From: Eledone cirrhosa
Lineage: Eukaryota
Reading direction: 5' to 3'
NCBI GenBank assembly: GCA_964016885.1
Contig: OZ024748.1
Location: forward strand, 54,932,001 to 54,996,000
DNA: 64,000 nucleotides
The notes under the pieces are model-generated. The model was not told where the DNA came from and searched no databases. It saw nothing but the letters and a program-made list of their open reading frames with translations. Shown here in pieces: positions 11,754 to 26,060 of this stretch (position 1 is the stretch's first letter; every line of letters starts with the position of its first letter). Both the position numbers and the translations under genes were made by a program.

Positions 11754-13052
11754 TTAAAGACATGTGTAAGTACTAGAACTGTCTATCACGGGAGGTTTGT
11801 TATTGCTATTGCTGTCCGACTTTTTTCCAGCCTGATTCCTGCCATGTTAATAAGTAGACGATTTACATATGAAATCACCCATATACGAACCATAACGTGG
11901 AATCTCAATCTTAATCTAATTGAGAAAGACTTCATTCTCACACAAGGGGTGTAATTGACACCCCATTGATCACGTGAACCAGCCACGTGAACTGGTGCAC
12001 TCTTGCGTAAATTTCCCTGAACGGTGACAATATTTATACAATCTTAAAGGCTCAACAAAATTCAACACACGTGATTTTTATAGATTCATACAATTAATCA
12101 AAAACCATCGCTCGTAATCGAATTTGATTCTATAGTACGTACGATGATTTGTTTGTGGTGGATTTTGAAACCTATGCAGCTACGAACAGAGACAAACACC
12201 CTCCCAATGGTCAGTTTTTGCCCTGCTGAAAGTCCAAGATATGACAGCTGGGATGTAAAATCTGGCTGCTATTATTTACAGATAGGGCCACGGATAAGAC
12301 TATTGTCCGATAGCCGATAATGAGGGCTCCTGTGGATTTAATCAAAGGAATTACTTGCCCATGAAATTAACTGGGCATTCCACAGAAACGTACACTCAAC
12401 CTAGTTCTCAGGGAGATTTAATATGACAATGTGTAACAATGCTGATTCCTTGAATTACAGATACAACTTATTTTCGCTAGCTGAGTAGACTAGATCAACG
12501 TGAAATAAGGTGTCTTGCTTAAGGAAACAATGTGCTGCCCTGTCCACAAATCGAACTCACAACCTTACGAGCGGAGCTGAGTGCTCTAACAACTACATCA
12601 GATAATGCAATAACACTTAGCAATACAAATATGCATACATACATGCACACAATTATGCATAACTACGTTCATGCATCAAAGGTAAAAGCCTCTTTTGTCC
12701 ACGAATGACCACGGGTTTTGCACATATAAAGTTTCCCTCCAATGCACAAGGTGTTTTTGTGGGTGACCTACAGTCATCCCTACATACCAGTCTCCCCTTT
12801 CCATGTCTAAGAAAAAGCAAAAGCCGATACAGTTTTGAGGAAAATGACATCGCAACTAATTTTTACCAGCCGAGTGCACTGAAAGAACGTGAATTAAAGT
12901 GTCTTAGACAAGAACACAATACACTGTCCGATCCGGAAATCAAACACAAAACGTCACGATTGTATGCTTAATGCTCTAACCATTGAGCCACGCGCCTTCA
13001 CACACACACACACATATATATATGCATACACATATATTTATATATATATATA

Positions 13053-13151
13053 CAGGATGTCCTAAAAATGTATACACACCTTGATTACCTTGTACAGGCA
13101 ATATTTATTAGAATGCACAGTTTTTGTGTATACATTTTTTGGGATACCCTG
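13053..13151. mobile_element. Tc1/mariner-type MITE (about 100 bp, TA TSD)
   Basis: caggatgtcctaaaaatgtatacac ... gtgtatacattttttgggataccctg; second copy at 35555-35654. Confidence 0.8.
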
Positions 13152-13756
13152 TATATATATATATATAATGGCGATATAACTAAATACAGAGGCCAGCCAC
13201 AATTCCAAAACGCTGGCTACCAACTGCCCTCCAGGCCTACAGACACTTTCAGCCCCATTAAACCAGTCCTGAGGCGACTCTAAAAACTCGGTAGTCTCTT
13301 CGAAACTAAATTTGCTTCTCTTATTCACTTTACATAAAATTTGCTTGAGGGCGACTCTTGTTTCTCCAACCTTCCCTCTTGATTCGAGTGGTGCTTGAAG
13401 ACATTCATGAGGTTTTAGTGGGGAAAAGGAAAAAGCCACCTCTAGCCCTTTCAACCTCGTCAACTAAATTAATTCTTCCGCCATTGCTACCAGACGGAGG
13501 ACAGCACTCCCTCTCTCTCTCTCTCTCTGCCTCTCCCTCTCCCTCTCTCTCTCTGCCTCTCTCTCTCTCAGTCTCTGTCTCTGTCTGTCTAATGATTGAA
13601 TTAATTTTGTGTGTGTGTATATATATGTATGTAAATTATATATGTATGAATATGTAGACTGGCGTATGTTTATATAAATGTAAACAATATGCGTGTCTTT
13701 GATCGGACAAATATACACTACTGTAATACAAATTGATGTTGATTCGTCCTGATAGA

Positions 13757-14023
13757 GTAGTAGTAGTAGTAGTAGTAATAGTAATAGCAGTAGTAGTAGT
13801 AGTAATAGCAGTAGTAGTAGTAATAGTAGTAATAGCAGTAGTAGTAGTAATAGTATCAGCAGTAGTAATAGTAGTAGTAGTAGTAGTAATAGTAGCAGCA
13901 GTAGTAATAGTAGCAGTAGTAGTAATAGTAGCAGTAGTAGTAATAGTAGCAGTAGTAGTAATAGTAGCAGTAGTAGTAGTAGTAGCAATATTATTAGTTG
14001 TAGTAGTAGTAGTAGTAGTAGTA
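13757..14023. repeat. (AGT/AAT/AGC)n trinucleotide array
   Basis: Direct reading. Confidence 0.9.
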
Positions 14024-14516
14024 AGATGACGGTACAAAGATGCTGCTGATGATTTTGATCAAATAGAACAGGAAGATTTTAGTAAATGGCGGCGGAGGTG
14101 GTGGTGGTGGTGGTGGTGGTGGTGGGGATGGTTGTGAGGGTGGTGGTAGGGATGCGGGTGGTAGAGGTGGTGGTGGTGGCGGCTGTGACTAAGTAAATTG
14201 CAAAGCTAAGGTGTAAATGGGAGTTTGGTAAAGACAGGTGAAATGTTTGTGTATTGTTGACCTGGATACTAGAGAACACTGAAGCACTGTTGTAACAGCC
14301 TGGAGAGGTTAGACGGTTGAGAGACGAAGGAAAGAAAGGCGGGACATGGGTGGATGAATGGGGTGGTGGGTGGGAGAGAATAAGGGAATGCTAGAATAGG
14401 GGAATGATAGCAAGAGAGACAGAAAAGGGTAAGAATAATAGAATGGAGAAGAGAAGTGTGAGTATGTAATGACTGGTTTTGTGGAGTACACATCGGAGGG
14501 AGGAGCGGATAAATAA

Positions 14517-14565
<49 letters not shown>

Positions 14566-14682
14566 AACACATGCATATTACATACATACATACATACATA
14601 CAAACACGCATATATACATACATACATACACACAAACACACGCATATATATATATATGTATATATATATACATTCAAACACA

Positions 14683-14728
<46 letters not shown>

Positions 14729-14772
14729 AACTGATGCATATATATATATATATACACACGCACACAAACTCA

Positions 14773-14852
<80 letters not shown>

Positions 14853-14855
<3 letters not shown>

Positions 14856-15055
14856 TTCTATGTTGTTTACTTGTCCCCCTTGCTTTACGCGATTACTGGT
14901 CCCAATAACTTTTTTTAATTATTGCTCGCACCAACCTGAGGTATCTGATTTTTAATGCGATGAAATACCAATGATGGTTGGAAAATCACTGACGAAGGAC
15001 TATTTTTATCATATGTAACCCATGTGCAAACCACGCAGTATTCTTCTTTCTTCTC

Positions 15056-15062
<7 letters not shown>
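14853..15062 (+). mobile_element. Unclassified (TA)n-flanked repeat; related copy at about 31945-32098
   Basis: Shared gctcgcaccaacc...gatggttggaa...gaaggac...catatgtaaccca...cgcag. Confidence 0.65.
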
Positions 15063-15148
<86 letters not shown>

Positions 15149-15159
15149 AAATAAAATAA

Positions 15160-15522
15160 AATAAAATAAATAAGTCAAATATTAAAAATTTGGCTTCGTT
15201 TATTACTGCTATATATATGATTCCAGTTCCTCAGCGAAATAACAACCCAACCAGGAACTGAGCATATCGGAGTATTGACGAAGTTAAACACCTCAACAAC
15301 ATGTGTTCCCGTCTCTACCACACCAATTCGGACTGCCTGAAGAGGTCACATCCAAAGATGGCTGTCACCGAAATATATATAACAGTAATTAACGAAGACA
15401 AATTTTAAATATTTGACTTATTTATTTCATTTTACATTAGTCTGGAATAACCAAACCAACCTGCACACTTCGTCGAGTGCTCCAATCTGCATACTGAGGT
15501 GTCGGTAAACAACCAACATATA

Positions 15523-15525
<3 letters not shown>
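15160..15525 (+). mobile_element. Hammerhead-bearing short element with inverted 5' segment, in (TA)n
   Basis: 15160-15217 is an inverted copy of 15373-15430; family relative at 58683-59010. Confidence 0.8.
15332..15386 (+). ncRNA. Type I hammerhead ribozyme (one stem I mismatch)
   Basis: actgc CTGAAGA ggtcacatcca aaga tggctgtcacc GAAA tatatata acagt. Confidence 0.75.
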
Positions 15526-15611
<86 letters not shown>

Positions 15612-16124
15612 AAAGACACGCATATATGTGTTGTGGAAACCGGTTATTATATTCACCTTTGTTATCAAACAGTTATTGTTAGTTAAATTAGCTTAGAATA
15701 TTGTATTATTCTCTGCTTAATGTCATCAACTGTTTGGGAAAAAGCAAGTAACCTAATCAGGAGGAGAGAAAAGGGATTAGTTATGCAGATTACTAGCCAG
15801 TATAGAGAAGGTTAGTGTGCTCAATGCATATAGGCTGTTAGACTAGAGAGAGAGAGAGAGAGAGAGAGAGCTTAACACTCGTCTATTGAGCAAAAAAATC
15901 ATATTTAACATGTTGGAAAGAATATTTTTAGGCTCTGAAGATAATATTGACACTTATTTATTTTAATGGACTAATATCGATTTATATTCTATATCTCAAC
16001 ATCTATGTCCATTCTTACTGTGCAATATTTGAAACAAGTTGTCAGCCATTAAATATATACATGTATTCATAAATCTTTGTTGTTCTCTCCAGCATTTTAA
16101 ATTACACACACACACCCCCACGCA

Positions 16125-16362
16125 CACAAGAAAGTCGCCTGAAAAGTTCATAGGCTGACCAAGACACTAACATGGGATGCCTAAATGAGGAAATAAACAG
16201 CGCAGTTATTAATAAGAAAAGTTGAATTTGATGCATGCAAGATTTCACAGCTCTAATATCAATCCTTCATAGTCAATGTATGAACATTTCAACTGAAATA
16301 AACCACATTTGGACATTCCATGTAAGTATCTTTGTTAACCTATGAACTTGTCAGCCGACATT
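16125..16362. mobile_element. mariner-derived MITE (other copies 37852-38053, 42756-42951, 48398-48712, 52927-53118)
   Basis: TIR ggtcggctgaaaagttcatagg-ctgaccaagatactctcatggaatg, matching the ends of the mariner fragments. Confidence 0.8.
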
Positions 16363-16575
16363 TACACACACACACACACAAATTCCATTCCAGGGCCTTC
16401 CCACACTTGTTGGAGGAATCCATCTTTGGTTGACCTACACCACTTCCTATCTCTGGTCAGATTGGACCATATGAGGCCGAGGTATCGGGTCAGATAATCG
16501 CGCCATCTTACCTTTACCGGACTTTGGTCCTTCTCCACTGCTTTGTATGCCCCCCTCTCTCTTTATATATATATA

Positions 16576-17020
16576 CAGGGATTGGACAAAATAATGGAAA
16601 CATCATAGCATCATAATTTTGAAATATCTATAAAACCGTCAAAAGCGTGTTTATTTTTATTGTTCTCGAGGTCGTCATTTTGCAGTAATTTTGGGAGCTG
16701 TACTTTTGTGATCCTTTCTAACAATTCGCGTAAGAGTTCGACGGTCCCTATCTGAAAGTTTTGGTTTTCTTCCGGAGTTTTGTTTCGACGAGGAGGTTTT
16801 TCCCTCTTTCTCAAAAGCTGTCATTACTTTCGAGACAGTACTTCTTGATACTCCAAACATTTCGGCTGTTTTCGTTACACTAGCGCCTGCCATACAAGCA
16901 CCAACAATTTGACCTCTTTGAAAGTCCGATAGATCTGTCATTTTAATGAATTTTAATTACCTTTTTCTGATGATATCTGAAAAGAAACAGCAATTTTAAC
17001 AAAACATATTAAGCAACACT
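16576..17020 (-). mobile_element. Internally deleted Tc1 element with N-terminal transposase (ORF 16675-16941)
   Basis: MTDLSDFQRGQIVG...TAEMFGVSRSTVSKV...SGRKPKLSDRDRR paired-type HTH and GRPR-like motif; TIR cagggattggacaaaataatggaaaca after TA. Confidence 0.9.
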
Positions 17021-17026
17021 AATATA

Positions 17027-17604
17027 TATTGATAGCGCACTGTATCTCTCTCTAGTGTGTTACCTTTTCAACATATTGTATTTTAAAGAGCTCAGGATTC
17101 CTTTTCCTTTGAGCACATTATTTACAGGGAACGACGAGAGTCTATCGCTCCGTTAATGTATCGTGATATTTCGCTCCTTATAACAGTCTTTCCTCTCTGT
17201 TTGGTTGAGAACACTTCTCTGAGTGGTTTGGGGCTGCCCTTTCTAGCAGCTCGTCCCTCAGAGGCCACTGGTTCACTGCCCTTAAACACGCTGGGACTTC
17301 TCTCTCCCACGTGTAGCTGGACGGTCGCTTTAAAAATTCTCTTAGTGTTGTCTGAAAGGTATAGCCTTACACACGCTGATGAACCTGGGTTATTTCATTT
17401 CTGCCAACAACTTACTGGCGAAACAGATCACTTTGGATTTGTACGTGTGTTATATAGTTATAGAGGTATTTATTTACGCTTTAATTTATATGTTTAATTA
17501 TCGTCTCTATACTCTGCCTTTAATAGGTTATAGATTCCATACACTGATGCTTTTCCCTGTTTTATTGATAGCGCACTGTATCTCTCTCTAGTGTGTTACC
17601 TTTT

Positions 17605-17607
<3 letters not shown>
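17027..17607 (+). mobile_element. 581-bp element with 45-bp terminal direct repeats, inserted at TA
   Basis: tattgatagcgcactgtatctctctctagtgtgttaccttttcaa at 17027-17071 and 17563-17607. Confidence 0.8.
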
Positions 17608-17674
<67 letters not shown>

Positions 17675-18101
17675 AAGGAGTGTAACATGAATTGACTGTG
17701 GGTTCACCCAGGTGAGCACTCGATGTTAGCGAGGTGTAGAGCTAGACAGAGAGTAATATAATAATTCCAGAGTCGGGCCAAATCGAACCTTGAGCTGACC
17801 TACAGCGAAACGCGCGTCACCAATCAATAAACGTAATGAAGGCTTAACAAATCGTTCTTGTATTTTACACACACACACACACACACTATTGCATATAAAA
17901 GTAGTTCATAATTACAAGAGGGATGAGATTTATTCTAAAGCACGTTATAGTCTGTCTGTGTGTGTGTCTGCCTGTGTGTGCGCGCGCAGGTAGGTATTTA
18001 AATCTTAACTAATGAATCGGTCTAAATATTTACACATTTCTATGCCAATTAATCTGTCTTTTAGTATGTCGGCTTAACTATATACCTATGTTCTTTTTGT
18101 G

Positions 18102-18143
<42 letters not shown>

Positions 18144-18169
18144 ACTCCTTTTCCTTCACTGTATGTGTT

Positions 18170-18264
<95 letters not shown>

Positions 18265-18307
18265 ATAAATATATGTATATATATGTGTGTGTATATCTAT
18301 CTATCTA

Positions 18308-18343
<36 letters not shown>

Positions 18344-18942
18344 ACCTATGTGTACCCCGTACACCTTTATAAATATTTAGTTAGGGTGTTGCCTTTATTT
18401 TTCCATTGCAATATTTAACTCACTTTCCCTCTCTCTCTGTTTGCCTTTGTTAGTGTTAAACTTGTTAATGTGATTGCTGAGCGGAGGTTATTGGCTGATG
18501 TTGTTCTTGTTATTTGTGTACTATTTTTTTCTTTCCTTTGCTTCATAATTAATCACGGTGTATTGTGATCGGCGGGTCGCGTTAGCTGTAATATTAAAAG
18601 GTGATAATCGGCATTGTTCAATTCATATATATATATCAGAAGGATATACATAGCGTAGACAACGAAAACAAGGAAGGTCTCATAGTTATCTTTGTTTATT
18701 GGGGAGCGTAGTTTGGTATATCTAAACCATAACTATCTTTATTTCAATGTGTGCAACATTTTTATAAACTATTTACTTTGCATGGGAATAAACAAAACGA
18801 CGTGTAAGCGAAACAAAATGAAATGAATGAGCATCGCAGACATCGAACGTGACGTGAATAATTAAATCCATGTAAATGAAAAACGCAAAATATATATATA
18901 TATGTATATAATAAACCAGTCATTTATATCAGTCGTTAGACT

Positions 18943-19214
18943 TTAACCTTTTCAGTACCGTAGACGAGATAACTCGTCCTAACATGTATGCATTCCATTG
19001 CCATGGATGAGATAACTCGTCCTAATATGTTTGAACTGGTTTCCAACAGTTCTTAACTCCTAAGCAAGGTGGGATTACTAGTTGATTGATGTGATCGTAG
19101 TTAATCAAAATAGTCATTTTACTGAAAAAAAACCTCCAAAAAACCAAACGCCCCCCCAAAACCGGCACAGCAACTGTAGCTGTATAAAATATATGCGGCA
19201 GTCAACAGATTAAA
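18943..19214. mobile_element. Possible piggyBac-type MITE
   Basis: ttaaccttttcagtaccg ... cggcagtcaacagattaa imperfect TIRs with TTAA. Confidence 0.45.
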
Positions 19215-19492
19215 TAATGTGTTTGCAAGATAAATACTGAGAGAAAAAAGAAACATTGGGTCCATGATGCAGAGATTTGTTACAATGCAGTGTTTGACAT
19301 CTTACCTGTGTGCCAGCGACTAAAAACAGACAGAGCATAATAAAAATGAACGTAACTTAAGGACAGGAAGTGTCCTTAAGTCAGGACAGGAAGTGAGAAA
19401 AATGTAAAGGAAGAGAAAGTGGTAGAGAATCATAACGATAACAGTAAGGATTAAATCAACTTATTGGTAATAGAACCGGGTAGCACAATCAA

Positions 19493-19534
<42 letters not shown>

Positions 19535-20189
19535 GTATGTGTGTGTGCGTGCGCATGTGTGCGCGTGTAGGGGTGAGGATAACACTGTCAATCCTGACGA
19601 CGAGTGTCAAGCATCGTAACATAAGCATACACAACGGATTTCATCGTATGTTATGAAATAAAGAATATTCTACACGCGTTTGTCATATACGAAAAGGCTA
19701 CGGGTTTGTACTATATTTCGTTCTCAGATCTGTTGTAGACCTAAGATAAAATCAGCCAATAATTTGTTGTTGCTTTTCTTGCCGATTAGACCCAGACGTT
19801 TTATAAAATGCTTTTCAGTCGTGTCTAATCCATTCTTTAATGAGATATAAGACTATATTACCAATGTGCTCCAACCTTATTTAAAGCAGTAGTGTGTGCG
19901 ATCCAAGGAATCAGTGCCGGATTTTCCATTGTACTTGGGTGTGCTTAAACACAGGTCCCTGTTGGCCAGGGGAGCCCATCTTCCTGCCCCCCAAAATGCT
20001 TATGATGAATTTTTGAAATGTTTGGGGCCTCATAACTTAACTAGTACAGGGCTTCATTTGTCCTAAATCCGGCTGTGTAAAGGAGGCTTTTGTTATTGTG
20101 TTTAGCAGATTAAACGATACTCAGGAGATACCGCGTTGGTTTGTACTAAGTTCATATACTTACTTGTATTTTACCCCGAGTCAACACCA

Positions 20190-20597
20190 ATGATGCAGCT
20201 ACATGATAAAAGACGTCACGCCATGTCAAAACCGTCTTTTTAGCTACGTGATGAAAAACGCCACAGCCATGTCAAGGTCATTTTAGCTACATGATGACAG
20301 ACGTCACAGCTATGTCATTACCGTCATTTTAGCTACATGATGACAGACGTCACAGCTATGTCAAGGTCATTTTAGCTACATGATGACAGACGTCACAGCT
20401 ATGTCATTACCGTCATTTTAGCTACATGATGACAGACGTCACAGCTATGTCATTACCGTCATTTTAGCTACATGATGACAGACGTCACAGCTATGTCAAG
20501 GTCATTTTAGCTACATGATGACAGACGTCACAGCTATGTCAAGGTCATTTTAGCTACATGATGACAGACGTCACAGCTATGTCATTACCGTCATTTC
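20190..20597. repeat. Minisatellite, two unit variants of about 43-46 bp
   Basis: tcattttagctacatgatgacagacgtcacagctatgtc(aagg|attaccg) repeated about 9 times. Confidence 0.95.
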
Positions 20598-21086
20598 TAT
20601 ATAGAGAACTACACTATACAATGTACTCATCAATCAAGAGACGCTTTTCTCCCTGGATATTAATAAAATATGGCTGACTGGCATTGATTTGCTTTTGTAT
20701 ATAAACTGACATACTCAAAGTATGCTTCTTTTGTCATTCTTTATCGTTCTGGGTGTATGCTCATGTCACTTCTTTACATGTATTCTATAAAGCGGATTTA
20801 ATTTTCTGTGAATGACAACACCAAATTTACCAGACGTGTGAATTATTCTCTCATTGTTACGACTGATCAGCCACAGGTACTAATGTTAATTCTTTATTCA
20901 TGTTCTTCATATATTGTGCAGTTAATGGAACTTTATGGACGCAAATGAGACTCTTATTCCTTCAATCAGTCTACTAACCCTCAGCAAACACCCTGAAACT
21001 GGCGCCACGTTGTACACATGCCTCCTACCAAACCAAACCAAACCCCTTTTTTCTGACGTTAAACTCCGCAAGTTGCAGACTGCGCA

Positions 21087-21545
21087 TTAACATGTGATAT
21101 CTCTCTCCACAAAGTTCAAAGAGCAAAGATCAAGTCCAGTCCATAAGTTGACATTGTCAAGCCATCCTTTTGGCTGCCGGCTTCTGCTTCTGTTACCAGC
21201 CAACCTTCCTTCCAGGCATAACCTACTCACACCACGAGTTGATCTTTTTATATGGCCGTATAGTTTGAGTACTCTTGACTTGACAATTGATGTAATTAGT
21301 CTAAGTTTGGTAATTTTGAACAGCTCACTGATACAGATGCAGTCGCTGAGCCGCTTGCCAGTCATAAGTTTCATGATGTGGTTCTGGAATGTAGAGAGCT
21401 TCTGAAGTAACCTTGTCAAGGCCATATAACACAACTGGTAGGATGTAAGTATCAAAGATTTTAGCCTTCAAATAATAGGAAACTCGTTTTGATGTTAGTA
21501 CTTGCTTGTTCTTGTTGAAAGCTGCCCAACCTAGAGCGATATGCC
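21087..21545 (-). pseudogene. RTE-clade LINE RT C-terminal fragment (frameshifted)
   Basis: HIALGWAAFNK...KAKIFDTYILPVVLYG / KLYGHIKR...LEGRLAGNRSRSRQPKGWLDNV. Confidence 0.85.
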
Positions 21546-22723
21546 GAAAAATGGAGGGTGGGTAGGGTTTCGTTTTATCAACATCTCCCCAACAAAACAA
21601 AACCCTACCCAACCTCCAATTCCAGCATATAGAACGCGGGCCACCCATCTTCCCAAACTTGGCATACGTAAGTGAATGGCAACAGCCACAAAATGGGGCA
21701 GATGGACTGAGGATCGAGTACTCATCTCCCCATTATGTGGGGTCAAACGAATGGGGGAAGGGATAAGTCTCTTCTACGATAGGCCACTGATCTACTATTT
21801 AATTAATTTTAGTATCAGTCAGTCAGAATTTGACACACCAGAGAACTTTAAGATAGATATACCACCGTATGATAGATACTTGTAACCTGGCAAAAGTCGC
21901 TGTAGAGAAAGCAAAATAAGACTATTTACTTGATAAAATGACGGAGAATTGGCCGAGTCTTGAGAGTATGAGATTAAATGCATCGGTATTTGTTCCTGCT
22001 CACTGTTCAAATCCCACAAGAAAATATCAGATTTGATTAAAATCTTTTCGAGATCGATAAATAAAATATCAAGCCAGTACTAGGTCGACTTATCTATCTC
22101 CTTATCACTTGCCTTCATTCTCTCTCGTCCGAAAAAAAATCGACTGTGTTAAGACATGAAGTGGGATAAGCCCCACCAGGTTTAACACGATGAACACATA
22201 CCGTGCGTCAGAACGGTGTCCCTATCACTCCAACAGGTGTTAAGGGTATTTTCATTTCCTTTGATAAAATATGAACTATAGCTATCTCAGTTTATTTCCT
22301 TGATGTCTAATTGACTCGGTCACGTGTGATAATTACTTCGTCCTCTCTCCCCCCTCTCTCTTCCTGGTGATCATCATCTCATCCTCTCCCCTTCTTTCAC
22401 CCCACAGTCCTCTTCCTGCTTACGATGGTTAAGAAAAGTAAACTCGTATTAATTTAATGAGAATCGAACCCTTGCCCGAGACATAGGACGCCACTATTGA
22501 ACTGCACTTGCACGATTACTATACACACCTTGGCATTAATCGACAATAGAAAACAGATAATTAACCTATATTAAGTTCGTTCGTATGCTTACTCAACTAC
22601 GAAACTCTCTCGCTTTTCTCTCCCACACACACGAGCAATCATGCAGCAAATACACATGTACACTAATTCATTTGAACATATATACTTTCCAACTGCCACA
22701 CACACACATATATATATATATAC

Positions 22724-22763
<40 letters not shown>

Positions 22764-22776
22764 TATATATATATAC

Positions 22777-22808
<32 letters not shown>

Positions 22809-22809
22809 C

Positions 22810-22841
<32 letters not shown>

Positions 22842-22842
22842 C

Positions 22843-22884
<42 letters not shown>

Positions 22885-22964
22885 TATAATATATATATAT
22901 ATATATACATAATATATATATATATATACATATACATAATATATATATATATATACATATACAT

Positions 22965-23030
<66 letters not shown>

Positions 23031-23039
23031 CATATATAT

Positions 23040-23081
<42 letters not shown>

Positions 23082-23082
23082 C

Positions 23083-23128
<46 letters not shown>

Positions 23129-23146
23129 TATAATATATATATATAC

Positions 23147-23178
<32 letters not shown>

Positions 23179-23237
23179 CATATATATAATATATATATAT
23201 ATATATACATATATATAATATATATATATATATATAC

Positions 23238-23285
<48 letters not shown>

Positions 23286-25476
23286 CCATTGGCTGTTGCA
23301 TGAACAAATATACAGTTACAGAGAAATGTATGTAGATAGAGACATTCACATAGGTATACATAGTTACATTCACATGAAGAATGGTGTATTTATAGACAAA
23401 CACACATATAGACACACACACACACTCATACACACACACACACACACAGTCTGATACACACGCATATGCACATACCAATATATATGTAAACAAATATAGA
23501 TATACGCACATTCATACACATACGTAATGAGATATGAACACAGAGAGATATTCAAACACAGAAGCACGCAGACATACATACATATAGTAATATAGGGGCA
23601 TACACATACTCAGACAAACAAGTAACCTCACAGCCATAAATAGACACTCACACACACACATTCACAAGTACTTAAATACATTGTTACACACACACACTCG
23701 CACACAACCACACTTGGATGCATAGACAGACATTGATGTAGGGATCAGCACACCCTGTCACACAAGACCTGCTTGGACACCTTCAATGCATGAATGCATG
23801 TTTGTTAACTTCCACAATGCATGTACATTCCAGCGCAACTGATATGCCGATTGCCCTGAATAAAACGGTTGTGTAACCTCGTAAGCTTTCATCTGCTATC
23901 CGACCCGTGTTTTTGATTACATAAAACCCGCTTATCCTTCTCGCTATCTTTCTCTCTCTACCTTCCCCTTCTATCCTCACCCCTCTCGCTATCTTCTCAT
24001 ACCCCTCTACCTTTCCTTCTCCCTCTATCTTCCCCTCTTTCTACCTTCCCTTCACCCTCTACTTTCTCTTTCTACACATTCTCTTCTCCCTCTCTCCAAT
24101 CCTTCTCTACCTTTCCCTGCTCTCCCTCTGTACCTTCTTTTCTTCCTCTACCCACCCCTTCTCTCAATATTATTCTATCAATATCGTTATCTCTCAACTG
24201 CCTTTGTCCCCTCTCACTTCCGTTCTCTCTCCCTACTTACTCTTTACTATCACTATCGTTCTCCCACCTCCACCCTATTCACTCCCTCACAACCCCTTCT
24301 CTCTCTCTCTCTCTCTGCCTCTTACACTCCTCTCTCCCTCTTTACCACGTAATCTCTCCAAATAAAGAAATAGATAAGTTTAATATAAAACACCACCACC
24401 AAAACAAACAATGTTAATAATAAGCAACTCTACAATTAAGGCCGCAATACGTTAACAAACAGAATGAGTTCGTCTGTCGATGAATACGACAGCTGTGCTT
24501 ATGTAACGCTTTCCCGCCCTCATTCTTTTCCTACTAGTAATATGGATTAAATTATATATAATATCTGGTCAGACGCTTTATCGTTTTCTCTTGATATCAC
24601 ACCACCAGTGTCGCCACCACCACCCATATTAACACCACACCACTATCACCACCACTACAATCGCCTATACTAGCACCCATACTTATACCATCCCTACTAC
24701 CACCAATGCAACCCATATTTACACCACCCACACCATTACCACCAATACTAGCACCCTTACCAATACCATCCACACCACCACCACCACCACCTATACTAGC
24801 GCCCATACCTATACCAGCCCCACCACCTATACTAGCGCCCATACCTATACCATCTCTACCACGCCCAACAACACCACCACACCAATACTATTCGCATCCC
24901 ACCACCTCACTACCATCACTTATACTAGCACCCACATAAATACCATCCCCACCAACTCACTAACATCACCAATACTAGCACCCATACCAATAACACCCTC
25001 ACCACCCATACAATTAATACTCTCACCACCACCACCACCACCACCACTACAATCAACTATACTAGCTCCCATACCTATACCATCTCTGCCACGCCCATCA
25101 ACACCACCACACCATCAATAGCATTCGCATCCCACCACTACCCATACCCCAAATACAACCTCCACAAGCTGCCATACAACACCCACATCCCCATCAGCAG
25201 TAGCACCGCCAACACCACCACTGCCACCCATACAATCAATATACCCCACCACCACCCATACCATCAATATACCCCACTACCACCAATATCAATACTTACA
25301 TGATTTTTAATTTATGTACAAAGCCAGCAATTTGTAATGGTGGTGGTGGTGTTGTAAGGGGGGGGGGTGAATTAAATCCACACCCCAATACATAACTGGT
25401 ACTTTATTTTATCGACCCCCAGAAGGATAAAAGGCAAAGTTTAACTTAGCAGAATTTGAACTCAGAACGTATACAG

Positions 25477-26060
25477 CCGTCACTCACACACAGAGCCTTC
25501 ACTCACACACAGAGCCTTCACTCACACACAGAGCCTTCACTCACACACAGAGCCTTCACTCACACACAGAGCCTTCACTCACACACAGAGCCTTCACTCA
25601 CACACAGAGCCGCCACTCACACACAGAGCCTTCACTCACACACAGAGCCTTCACTCACACACAGAGCCGCCACTCACACACAGAGCCGCCACTCACACAC
25701 AGAGCCGCCACTCACACACAGAGCCGCCACTCACACACAGAGCCGCCACTCACACACAGAGCCGCCGCTCACACACAGAGCCGCCACTCACACACAGAGC
25801 CGCCACTCACACACAGAGCCTTCACTCACACACAGAGCCTTCACTCACACACAGAGCCGCCACTCACACACAGAGCCGCCACTCACACACAGAACCTTCA
25901 CTCACACACAGAGCCTTCACTCACACACAGAGCCGCCACTCACACACAGAGCCTTTACTCACACACAGAGCCTTCACTCACACACAGAGCCGCCACTCAC
26001 ACACAGAGCCTTCACTCACACACAGAGCCGCCACTCACACACAGAGCCTTCACTCACACA
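25477..26060. repeat. Minisatellite, 19-bp unit with TT/GC variants (cactcacacacagagcc[tt|gc])
   Basis: About 30 units, lying between two SINE pieces. Confidence 0.95.

Noticed and set aside
13062-13500. 133-aa minus-strand ORF in higher-GC unique sequence
   Set aside because: No recognisable motif and it runs into a MITE; probably an unidentified TE fragment
19594-19625. CTGACGA-hairpin-GTAAC
   Set aside because: Core broken and no stem I partner
20190-20597. CRISPR-like regular repeat
   Set aside because: No unique spacers, eukaryotic context, no cas genes; it is a minisatellite
24597-25290. Gly-rich or Pro-rich ORFs
   Set aside because: Degenerate ACC-based repeat with frequent stops in neighbouring units
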